From the NCBI GenBank assembly GCA_947174915.1, contig CAMWKV010000001.1:408-64407 (forward strand): DNA of 64,000 nt, read 5' to 3'. The DNA comes from an uncultured Porphyromonadaceae bacterium. GTDB lineage: Bacteria; Bacteroidota; Bacteroidia; Bacteroidales; Muribaculaceae. Within the stretch, counting starts at the first letter, position 1. Each line of letters opens with the position of its first letter. The notes under the pieces are model-generated. The model ran no database searches, had not been told where the DNA came from, and was given only the letters and a program-made list of their open reading frames with translations. This document shows, one piece after another, positions 7,927 through 16,532 of this stretch. A program made the position numbers and the translations under genes.

Positions 7927-10900
7927 TCAGAAAGGCTTGTCCTCGGGCTTCTTCCCACATACAAATAATTCCTTTAAGTAATAATGAGCATATGTGACAT
8001 TATACCTATCCTCTAAGGTAACTGGCGTCAAGAGATCATCTGTTACGACCAAGGTCTTTTGCTTTTCTCCAGGAATATATTCCAAATCAGCTTCTGAAGG
8101 ATCGTAACCGACAAGACCTTCAATAACTTCCTTTAGGGTAGCTATATCAACATCCATAATCCTAATACATCCGCGCGTACTAGTTAATTTTGGCCATTGT
8201 GTCTTTCCTCCACCATGTAAGTGCATGCCATTTCTTCCAGCACCTTCTGTACCCTTATAATCTAAAGCAAGTAAATCATTCGGACCAAAAGATCCTGGAT
8301 CATAATTCCAAGGAGGGGTATTTGTTGGCCGCCATCCGGATATCTTATATTCACCTTGCGGAGTGTCACCATATTCAATATCACGCTCTCTATGCTTACC
8401 TGTAACTTTTACCACTGTTCGAAATACCAACTCATCGTGCTGAGAAAAGACAGAAAGAACGGCGTAGGGATTTGCTCCTCTGTCGGAGCTTGCATGGACT
8501 TCTGCATACCACTTCCCGGTGGGGTCTACAAAATTTAGCGGATTGGCGGCGCAGTGGGACCAGGGGGACACGCCGGGATAATCGGCGTAGAGAGGGTCAA
8601 CGGTGTGGAAGCGGGCAAGCAGGGGATCGTGCATACGCGCAATATTATCGTACAAGGCCATACCTTTGTGGTCGATCCATCGGTTGCCGATATGAAGTTG
8701 ATCAGTAGCAGCATCAACTTCGGTGGCAAGGGCTTCGATGGGTAACTGATACGGAGTGCCCGAGGGGTAATACCCTGTAGTCTGTCGAAGATTACCCGCA
8801 GCATCAACTACTGCTACAGTAGAGCCGAGCCGGTCGCGCACGTACCAGTAGTGGGCTTTGCCTTTGAGGTCGTAATGACCCGTGGCTGTATGATAGAGCC
8901 AGCCCTGTGGCGTGCGTTCGAAATTGCCGTGGTAGCGGTAATTCGAGTTTGTTGTCCGCACACGCTCGGTATAAGTCGTATCACCCTTTGAGTCTACTTT
9001 CGTCACCGTCTCAATAGTACGGGTAGAAAATAAGCGGCTATACAGACTACCGTCGGGAAAGTAGGTCGATTGGGTGTACGAACCGTCGGAGGTCTGTATC
9101 CTCTGAGGCAGGTTGCCGAAGGGATGATAGGTGATAGAGGCAATATCACGGGTGGTGTCCTTGATGAGACGTCCGTCTGCATCGTAGACAAGATTGTAGT
9201 AGCCGTTGGTAATATTCGCCACTGCTTCCGATAGAATGGGGGTAGAAGCCACATTCACAGTACCTATCTTACAGCCGTCCATCACGATAGCGGCATCCTG
9301 CACTACATCGCCTCTGTACTTACGAATGATATTGACCACATCGGCATTGCGGTTGGCGGCCATAGTCTCGGACACCTTGTCGTTGTCGGTGCTCATGGCA
9401 CGGAAATGGCCGAATCCATCGTAGCTATAGCTCTCGGTATGGGTGTATTTATTGCTCTTGCCCCATGTCAGAGTTGAGGCATTGGCATAGATATAGCTTG
9501 GTGTACTGTCGGATACAGGCGTGCTGCCGTACAAGGTGGTCTGTGAAAATACCGGTGTGCTTATCTCGGCTACGTTGGAGCGTATATCATAGCCGTACTT
9601 CACGCCGGCTCCCGCCGTATCTTCGCTCAAACGGCCTATTTCATCGTACTTAACATTCTGTACTGCTATAGGTGTCGCTCCGTCGATGGAGACGGTCGAT
9701 GTAAGCAGACGGCCGTTGATATCGAATGTATTCTGTGTCACGGCGGTGTGATGCTCAGTCACATCGCCTCCGTCAAGCAACTCTTCGTATTTTTCCGTGT
9801 GCTTGACCAGATTGCCGACAAAGTCATACTCCATATCTGAGGTAAGACGTAGTGCCTGGTGATTCAAGTCCCAAAGGCATGTGCGCGTCGGATTGCCGCG
9901 GTGGTCGTACTTAAATGCCTTGACGAACACTTCGCCGGTGAGAGACTGCTTCATCAGTGTACCGGTACACAGTCCTTGCTGTGTGTAGGACTCGTTATTA
10001 TAGGCGAACAAGTCCTTTTCTGTAGTGTTTGCCTCGATGATAAAGTCATAGTTGTCGTACATCCAGGCTATATACGGCTGAAAGCCTGCCGGGCCTGAGG
10101 TACCGGGATAGCCCAACTGTGACTCATAGCCGGGTGCCGTATAGTCGGGATCTTCGACGATAACTGAATCGCCGTATTCTGCTTGCAGTGCTTCTCGCGT
10201 CTTGCCGGACAGCGTTACAATGCCTTTCACTGCCGGGCGGAAGCGGCTGTCGTACTTGGTAAGTGTCCACTGGCCGGATTCTCTCTGAGTAGCCGTCGAT
10301 TCGAAGATAACTCGGTTGAGTTTGTCGTAGACATAATGCGTAGCTCCGCAGCCGGGGACTTCTGACGACACACATCGGTGCAATACATCATAGGTGTAGT
10401 GCTGCGCATAGTCGCTCAGCAACGCACCTGGAATATTACCTGAAATCGGCAGTTGCGATGAGCCTTCCGGACTTATCGCATATATCATATCACCGACATT
10501 ATTATATACGAAATAAGTGTCGGCGTAGCTCGATGTACCCTCTGTAGAAATGAGTCGCTGGAGTATCACTCGGTCAAGACGGTCTTTAAAAGTAAGAAGT
10601 TTCTTACCGTCTTCATCCTCTACACATTCCACTCTCAACGACCCGGCCGGGTAATAGCCTTTTACACCTATTAGTGAAAATCGGCCACCGGATGAGCCTT
10701 CATCGGGTCCTATTAAATCGCGAGATTGGACACTACCTCCGGCTGTAAATTGCAAGCAGGCTCTTTCGCCCTTTGTATCATTTTTGTGATGAGATACCTT
10801 TTTACCGTGGTTTTTCCACAAGATGCCCGGTCCTGTCTCAGATTCAAGTCTGTTCAGTCCGCTGCCCTCATAAGTATAGTGGATATATGGCCGTTCGGAT

Positions 10901-11238
10901 TCGCCATAATAAGCTGACGCAACTGCTGTGTATCTTTTATTGCCAAGCAACTCAGCACCACCGGACACCGGTAGCCACTTCTTTCCTACATTACCGCGAC
11001 GGTCATAGTCCGTGCGCACGCCTACTGGATTATTGTTTCCGCCACCATTATCAATCACAGTAAGTCGTTCTCGACCAAGTCCGTCATAATAGACGGATGA
11101 TGTACGTGTCTGTGTCCCTGAGGCATTACAGTACGCCGTAGTCTTGATATAGTTCTGCTGTGCTGATGATATAAAAGCGGTCAGCAGTGCCGTAAGCATT
11201 GTACATCCGACCCGATATGATTTTTTGCTACCTTTCAT
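7927..11238 (-). CDS. DUF6443/RHS repeat-associated core protein with C-terminal YkuD/Tlde1-like L,D-transpeptidase toxin domain
   Basis: Sec signal, then NYIK...YYDGLGR...DYDRRG...WLPVS (DUF6443-like). YD repeats (YTYD..HR, YVYDKLNR, YDHRGN, YDFVGN, YDEIGR, YDADGR). RHS core RMHDPLLARFHTVDP...NPLNFVDPTG. Tip has HGG-x13-C (HLHGGGKTQWPKLTSTRGCIRI). Confidence 0.88.
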   Translation of the reverse strand: MKGSKKSYRVGCTMLTALLTAFISSAQQNYIKTTAYCNASGTQTRTSSVYYDGLGRERLTVIDNGGGNNNPVGVRTDYDRRGNVGKKWLPVSGGAELLGNKRYTAVASAYYGESERPYIHYTYEGSGLNRLESETGPGILWKNHGKKVSHHKNDTKGERACLQFTAGGSVQSRDLIGPDEGSSGGRFSLIGVKGYYPAGSLRVECVEDEDGKKLLTFKDRLDRVILQRLISTEGTSSYADTYFVYNNVGDMIYAISPEGSSQLPISGNIPGALLSDYAQHYTYDVLHRCVSSEVPGCGATHYVYDKLNRVIFESTATQRESGQWTLTKYDSRFRPAVKGIVTLSGKTREALQAEYGDSVIVEDPDYTAPGYESQLGYPGTSGPAGFQPYIAWMYDNYDFIIEANTTEKDLFAYNNESYTQQGLCTGTLMKQSLTGEVFVKAFKYDHRGNPTRTCLWDLNHQALRLTSDMEYDFVGNLVKHTEKYEELLDGGDVTEHHTAVTQNTFDINGRLLTSTVSIDGATPIAVQNVKYDEIGRLSEDTAGAGVKYGYDIRSNVAEISTPVFSQTTLYGSTPVSDSTPSYIYANASTLTWGKSNKYTHTESYSYDGFGHFRAMSTDNDKVSETMAANRNADVVNIIRKYRGDVVQDAAIVMDGCKIGTVNVASTPILSEAVANITNGYYNLVYDADGRLIKDTTRDIASITYHPFGNLPQRIQTSDGSYTQSTYFPDGSLYSRLFSTRTIETVTKVDSKGDTTYTERVRTTNSNYRYHGNFERTPQGWLYHTATGHYDLKGKAHYWYVRDRLGSTVAVVDAAGNLRQTTGYYPSGTPYQLPIEALATEVDAATDQLHIGNRWIDHKGMALYDNIARMHDPLLARFHTVDPLYADYPGVSPWSHCAANPLNFVDPTGKWYAEVHASSDRGANPYAVLSVFSQHDELVFRTVVKVTGKHRERDIEYGDTPQGEYKISGWRPTNTPPWNYDPGSFGPNDLLALDYKGTEGAGRNGMHLHGGGKTQWPKLTSTRGCIRIMDVDIATLKEVIEGLVGYDPSEADLEYIPGEKQKTLVVTDDLLTPVTLEDRYNVTYAHYYLKELFVCGKKPEDKPF

Positions 11239-12320
11239 CGCTTCGTGATTTTTATCGTGTGCAAGCCTTGATCGTTGTAGAGTGCGAATACATATACTCC
11301 ACGAGGGAAGTCTACTAAAGACAATTCAAATGGCACGTTAGATGAAAGACTTCCCGTTCGAAATACTCTGCCGTAGGCATCGCAAAGAATATAGTCCACA
11401 GGCTCGTCCGAGGTATTGAATGTTGGTAAGACTGTGAGAGTTTTTGTCTTTGCGTCCCACTCGATATTTCCTTTTCTGAAAGAACCATCGCCCGGCACCT
11501 CTGTATGATTCACATACTTATTAGTAAAGAAACTCTTTTTCAGTATATCCCGGAGACATTCATTCACCTGATCGACTTTAATCTTTTCTTCCTGCTGCTT
11601 GAGATCAATAGCTTCCCAATGACTGACATAGTCTATTGTATCGCCGGCATGAGATATCATGATATCGGCGGTATATGTTAGCGCAGGGTACCTGTAACCC
11701 GGCACGTACCACTTATTCTCCTCTCCTATATGACGGACTGTGTCGCCGTATTCATACATGAATTCTTCATCTATAGATGTCCTCACGCACTCAACATTCG
11801 TAAGCGTATCACCATCGAAGGTAATCAACTTTGTATCACGGGTCATGCAGGAACTTTCCAGGCCTTTGGAGGTGAACTGTCCTATGCGAGCTATAAGTCC
11901 GCTTGTCTTTAACTCGTGAACAGTAAGCGTGTCCATATATGTATTATATGGAATAGCCGACAGATAGATTCTTCTCTGGCCGGGTTGAAAACTGCGATTT
12001 TTATACAGTTGATTATCCACTGTTGCCAGACCAATATTTCTGCGCCCCACAGCAATAATCATAGTTGTAAGAGTATCTTCCTTCGCCGGCTTGCAAACTC
12101 GGAACTCCGACTCTGACGTCATTGTAGCGTTGGAGAGATCTATACACTCATCAACCGAGGGCTGTGACACAACAACATTGCTCAATTCCAGCAGCGTCAA
12201 CTCATCACCTATACGCGGAGAGTTCAATTCGGGACTCACACCAAATGCCGCCAGAATGGACGCACTCAGCACTGACACCAAGCTGCAAAAGTTAATCATT
12301 ATAATTTTCATCCGTCGCAT
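11235..12320 (-). CDS. T9SS type A sorting-domain protein within the RHS operon
   Basis: Signal peptide; GDTLTNVECV...WYVPGYRYP core; C-terminal LCDAYGRV...LVDFPRGVYVFAL...TIKITKR CTD. Overlaps both neighbouring genes. Confidence 0.75.
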   Translation of the reverse strand: MRRMKIIMINFCSLVSVLSASILAAFGVSPELNSPRIGDELTLLELSNVVVSQPSVDECIDLSNATMTSESEFRVCKPAKEDTLTTMIIAVGRRNIGLATVDNQLYKNRSFQPGQRRIYLSAIPYNTYMDTLTVHELKTSGLIARIGQFTSKGLESSCMTRDTKLITFDGDTLTNVECVRTSIDEEFMYEYGDTVRHIGEENKWYVPGYRYPALTYTADIMISHAGDTIDYVSHWEAIDLKQQEEKIKVDQVNECLRDILKKSFFTNKYVNHTEVPGDGSFRKGNIEWDAKTKTLTVLPTFNTSDEPVDYILCDAYGRVFRTGSLSSNVPFELSLVDFPRGVYVFALYNDQGLHTIKITKR

Positions 12321-15300
12321 AGTGATATTCGTATTTAGAAATGAGATAGTTGTTGAAATCTCTTATCGAGGTGAGACGTCCCTGATCATCGTAACCATTA
12401 GTGGTATGCACACCACGTCCATCGGTGAGGCGAAGAATACCATTGAACCAATCATAACTGATCGCCGTAATAGTATTATTCGGGAAATAATCACGCATAC
12501 GACCGGCAATTGCTGATATTCGTGCGTCGCTTGCAATTCCTTGCGCATTAATCTCGGCTCCAAGCAGACCATACTTGGCAGTAGCTGCCGTAAGTGTGTT
12601 AAAATCTATTCCAGTTGCTTCAAGCACGGGGTAAAGTCCATTGTAACCCCAAATATATGACGCCAATACAACATCTTTGTAGGATATTTGTATAAGATTA
12701 CCTTTGGCGTTATATCGATAAGAAAATGTCGGATTATTGATTTTACTTTTCTGAGTGCTTGTCGTGATTCCGTTGGACGATATCAAGTCGCTCAGAGCGC
12801 ACGAGCCGGACAGAGTATACTTCCTCAGAGGTAACATAGCCGCGGCATCATACTCTATGCGTTCAGCGGATATTACATGACTGCCGGCCCCCGTTACTAC
12901 TGTCTCGGGATAGGGTAAGCGTAAACCATTTTTTGATAAATAGGTATAGTAAGTTGTGATTTCAAGACCGCTTGCATCAGTCTCTGTCACAGATTTCACC
13001 AAGCCATAGTCAGTATTCTCGGTATATGAGTCATAGAAATACTCGAAAGTCTTGTATGAATTTATTCCATCTTCTTCAATTGAATGTACGCAACTTACGG
13101 TCTTATTATATGGAATTAGAGTATATTGCCCAATTCCATAGTCATATCCGCCTGTCTGTACATCTCGTGTATAGTCACAATATGCAAATGCATCCGTTGT
13201 AAGAAATGGTAACTCTGAGGATTCGTTGATATTGTAATAATACTCCGTGGTATGAATAGGTGTCGTGCCATTATATATATGATGTTTCTCCAAATTGCCG
13301 CGCCTATGCGCCATTGAAGTGTACATCCGAGAACCTACCGGCTGGAACATCCAGAACGGATTATTAATGTAATCGCAATTTCCTTCAGTCATTGCACTGG
13401 AATACGTGAATACTTCCGACATTGAACTTAAATAAGAATCCGTATTTTCTCTAATCTCACCACCCATACACACTCTAACTTTGGGGTATTCAATTGAGGA
13501 AAACGTACCTATTACTGTATTCGGGAAAGCAGCACTACTGGCACAATATACTGTACAGAATGTATTACCTATCTCCACCGGACTCGGATATGATATATAA
13601 TACTTGTAGCCATACTCAGGCAACAATTGTACCGTTCCGGTAGTTGCTGTAGGATGACGGTCTGTATTATAATAATAGTCCTTTCTCAACGGCTCATCTT
13701 CCGGATCACCTGTTGCGGATTTTATTCGCTTGATTCGCATACCACACCAGTAATCACGCCCATCGCCAACATTGGTATCTAATGTTGATTTACTGACATA
13801 TATATAACCGGATTCACTATTTTGATAATAGCAATTTCTATCTATAAAATCTTCTTCTCCTTGAATCGCATTTGGATACTTAAGTTCAAAGTCATAAGTC
13901 CCAGGCTCAAGGGAGAGATTTATGGGTTGTGTACGACCTTCAATAGTCTCTTTGTCCAAGAAATATACTTTTTCTATTTTTCTTTCACCATTCGTCTGAT
14001 GGTGACGAATAACTACATGGGGGTAATATGGAGGAAATACTTCGTTATATCCTATCTCCCCATGTCGATCAACATATGATGTATTATATAAATAACCTTT
14101 TTCAAACTTGAAATATTCAGAAAAATCTATTGTAGGTCTTTGTCCATATTCAATCTTCCAATTTGTGAGTTCGCACTTTGAGTACCCTTTTTCCACACAA
14201 TATCGTAGTGTATCTGTAACGACTTTCAATACATAATCATCTGAATTTATCGTTCCGTGATATTCTGCAGACTTTACATGGCTGAATGTATTGTTCTCCC
14301 ACTCAAATTCTGTATATCCACCGGTCGGATAGGTAATTTTTGTCAACTCAAGTGTATGCGCATAATCAAGGGAAACGCTACGGTCCGCGCCGCGACCCAC
14401 GACCTTACTATCTATGAAAACATCGGGTATAATCGAACCGATATTCTCATTGCAATAACCTCCAAAATCCTGAGATTCAGCGTAGAGTTCCTCTCCCCAC
14501 TCCTTATTGTATTCAAACGAGTACACCTTTTGCTCGCCATCTTGTATAGACACAAGCAAATTTCGGTCATAATTAAAGGTATAGATACGATGCTTACCGT
14601 CGGGAGCGGAAATATCAATTGAACCTATAAGAGCATCAGCCTTGGAGGCATTACCCTCATTGAGGTAATTGAATTTAACCTTGATTCCATTGGCTTCTAT
14701 CTCATCCAATAACTGAGGATGATAGATAATACCCCTTAGGGAACTTACTTCTTTAGGGCAGAACGTACCAACCACATCAGTTCCAAAATCTCTAACTACT
14801 GTATTCCCTACATTTATTATATCGCGCTGACTTCTTTCCTTATATTTAAAGTTAACCGTGTTGCCGGATAAGTCAGTTATTTTATCCAAATGCCATGCCG
14901 AAGCATAATATACACTATCCGCGGATCTATCAATAAGCGGATTACCATAATAATAATCATATCGCGTCCTGTCTTGAGTAAGGAATTCATATTGTATACC
15001 TTTATCATCCGTCACAAGAAATCCCCAACCATCGCAACCTCCGTCAGTTATCTTTGGAATATCATTAGTCTTGGATATTTTCAAAGGAGCGTCAGAGGAT
15101 ATTGTCACCTTGCCATTTTTATCCCTGACAAACGTTGCCGACATATTATAACCCATAAGATTGAATATGTCGTTAGCTATATCGGTTTGACCTTTATAAT
15201 AACTATCGCCTAACGTCGTCTGCCAATATCTATCTCTCTTATACCCCACAGGATCCTGTGGATCAGAGAATTGCTTTTCGGTTAATTTTTTACGAAATTC

Positions 15301-15696
15301 AAGTTCATCGGACGTTAGGTGATAAAATCCACGCAATTTAACACTTTCATTTGCATCATCAGGAGCACCGTAGACAGTATGCGAAATCGTTGCACCACAC
15401 ATTACACTCCAACTTAGGCCTGCATTACCTATCTTTTGATCGGCTCGCACGCCACCGCCATGATAAGATATAGTAATTGGCATTTCAATTGCGCCACTCT
15501 TTATCGTATATATAGGGAACGTAATCGAAGGTATTCCATGGTAATAATCAACAGGATAGTCCTTGAAATCCATCAGTGAAGCCACTTCGGGAGATGGAGG
15601 CACGATAGAGTAATCGCGCGGAGCTATACCATCATCGGCATAGCTTGATACCGTTGCTATCAGAAGTAGCAATCCTGCTAACTTTTTGCTTTTCAT
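12292..15696 (-). CDS. Large YD-repeat protein with SpvB/TcB-like N-terminus (RHS partner)
   Basis: Signal peptide, then PPSPEVASL...PVDYYHGIPSITFPIY...ISYHGGG...GLSWSV (SpvB-like). WHLDKITDLSGNTVNFKY, LTKITYPTGGYTEFEWE, and C-terminal YNAKGN, SYIWGYNG, YDDQGRLTSIRD. No RHS core or DPxG. Confidence 0.8.
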   Translation of the reverse strand: MKSKKLAGLLLLIATVSSYADDGIAPRDYSIVPPSPEVASLMDFKDYPVDYYHGIPSITFPIYTIKSGAIEMPITISYHGGGVRADQKIGNAGLSWSVMCGATISHTVYGAPDDANESVKLRGFYHLTSDELEFRKKLTEKQFSDPQDPVGYKRDRYWQTTLGDSYYKGQTDIANDIFNLMGYNMSATFVRDKNGKVTISSDAPLKISKTNDIPKITDGGCDGWGFLVTDDKGIQYEFLTQDRTRYDYYYGNPLIDRSADSVYYASAWHLDKITDLSGNTVNFKYKERSQRDIINVGNTVVRDFGTDVVGTFCPKEVSSLRGIIYHPQLLDEIEANGIKVKFNYLNEGNASKADALIGSIDISAPDGKHRIYTFNYDRNLLVSIQDGEQKVYSFEYNKEWGEELYAESQDFGGYCNENIGSIIPDVFIDSKVVGRGADRSVSLDYAHTLELTKITYPTGGYTEFEWENNTFSHVKSAEYHGTINSDDYVLKVVTDTLRYCVEKGYSKCELTNWKIEYGQRPTIDFSEYFKFEKGYLYNTSYVDRHGEIGYNEVFPPYYPHVVIRHHQTNGERKIEKVYFLDKETIEGRTQPINLSLEPGTYDFELKYPNAIQGEEDFIDRNCYYQNSESGYIYVSKSTLDTNVGDGRDYWCGMRIKRIKSATGDPEDEPLRKDYYYNTDRHPTATTGTVQLLPEYGYKYYISYPSPVEIGNTFCTVYCASSAAFPNTVIGTFSSIEYPKVRVCMGGEIRENTDSYLSSMSEVFTYSSAMTEGNCDYINNPFWMFQPVGSRMYTSMAHRRGNLEKHHIYNGTTPIHTTEYYYNINESSELPFLTTDAFAYCDYTRDVQTGGYDYGIGQYTLIPYNKTVSCVHSIEEDGINSYKTFEYFYDSYTENTDYGLVKSVTETDASGLEITTYYTYLSKNGLRLPYPETVVTGAGSHVISAERIEYDAAAMLPLRKYTLSGSCALSDLISSNGITTSTQKSKINNPTFSYRYNAKGNLIQISYKDVVLASYIWGYNGLYPVLEATGIDFNTLTAATAKYGLLGAEINAQGIASDARISAIAGRMRDYFPNNTITAISYDWFNGILRLTDGRGVHTTNGYDDQGRLTSIRDFNNYLISKYEYHYATDENYND

Positions 15697-15800
15697 GGGG
15701 CGTTTTTAGCTTTGTGTGATTAGATTCGCCCCTAAATTAGTGTTTTCAAACAACTTTTACAATATATACATCAGCAATTCTCGCTATTTTAACATTATTT

Positions 15801-15823
15801 AATATTGTATTCCCTACAATATT
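15801..15823. promoter_or_regulatory. AT-rich perfect 9-bp inverted repeat (possible operator) upstream of the RHS operon
   Basis: AATATTGTA-ttccc-TACAATATT, about 105 bp upstream of the ATG at 15696. Confidence 0.35.
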
Positions 15824-15837
15824 GCCATCACCCTTTA

Positions 15838-16491
15838 TTATTTCTCGGCGAGGGTGCGGATTTGGTCGGGGGTGGAGACGATGTGGTCGGCGTAGGCGGC
15901 GCGGAGTTCGTCGATGGGACGGAAGCCCCATGTGACGCCGCAGGACTCTACGCAAGCGCGGCGGGCCGTCTCCATGTCCACGCCGGAGTCGCCAACATAG
16001 AGCACTTCGGCCTTGGGAGTGGGGCACATGGTGAGGGCCTTGAACACGATGGAGGGGTCAGGCTTGCGGGGCATGCCGTCGATGTTGCCGAGGATGGCGC
16101 GAAAGTTGGCCGTAGGGAAGTAATGAGCTATAATTTTGGTGACGGCTTCCTCGTATTTGTTGCTTGTCACGGCCAGGTTGATGCCGCGGGCGGTAAAGTC
16201 TTCGAGGAGTTCGGGGATGCCGGGATAGGGCTGCGTGGCATCGCAGCAGTGTTCGTCGTAGTACTCTTTGAAAGCTGCGAGGGCGTCGTTGATATTCTTC
16301 TCGGAGCGTGCATCATCGGGGAGGGCGCGTTCGATGAGTTTACGCACGCCGTTGCCCACCATATTGGGGTAGACCCACATGCCATGAACGGGGAAGCCGA
16401 GCTTCTTCATGGCGTAGTTGGTGGCGGTGGCGAGGTCGTCGATAGTATTGAGCAGTGTGCCGTCGAGGTCGAAGATGACGTAGCTTTTCAT
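15838..16491 (-). CDS. HAD-superfamily phosphatase (phosphoglycolate phosphatase-like)
   Basis: IFDLDGTLLNT motif I, VTSNK, RKPDP, YVGDSGVD. Start set at MKSYV. Confidence 0.9.
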   Translation of the reverse strand: MKSYVIFDLDGTLLNTIDDLATATNYAMKKLGFPVHGMWVYPNMVGNGVRKLIERALPDDARSEKNINDALAAFKEYYDEHCCDATQPYPGIPELLEDFTARGINLAVTSNKYEEAVTKIIAHYFPTANFRAILGNIDGMPRKPDPSIVFKALTMCPTPKAEVLYVGDSGVDMETARRACVESCGVTWGFRPIDELRAAYADHIVSTPDQIRTLAEK

Positions 16492-16532
16492 AGAGGTAGA
16501 ACGTTTATTATTAATACGATAGCAGCCGGATA

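Noticed and set aside
6882-15696. T6SS effector island interpretation
   Set aside because: No PAAR, VgrG, Hcp or other T6SS gene is in the window, and the RHS and YD proteins have Sec signal peptides. A T6SS elsewhere in the genome cannot be excluded.
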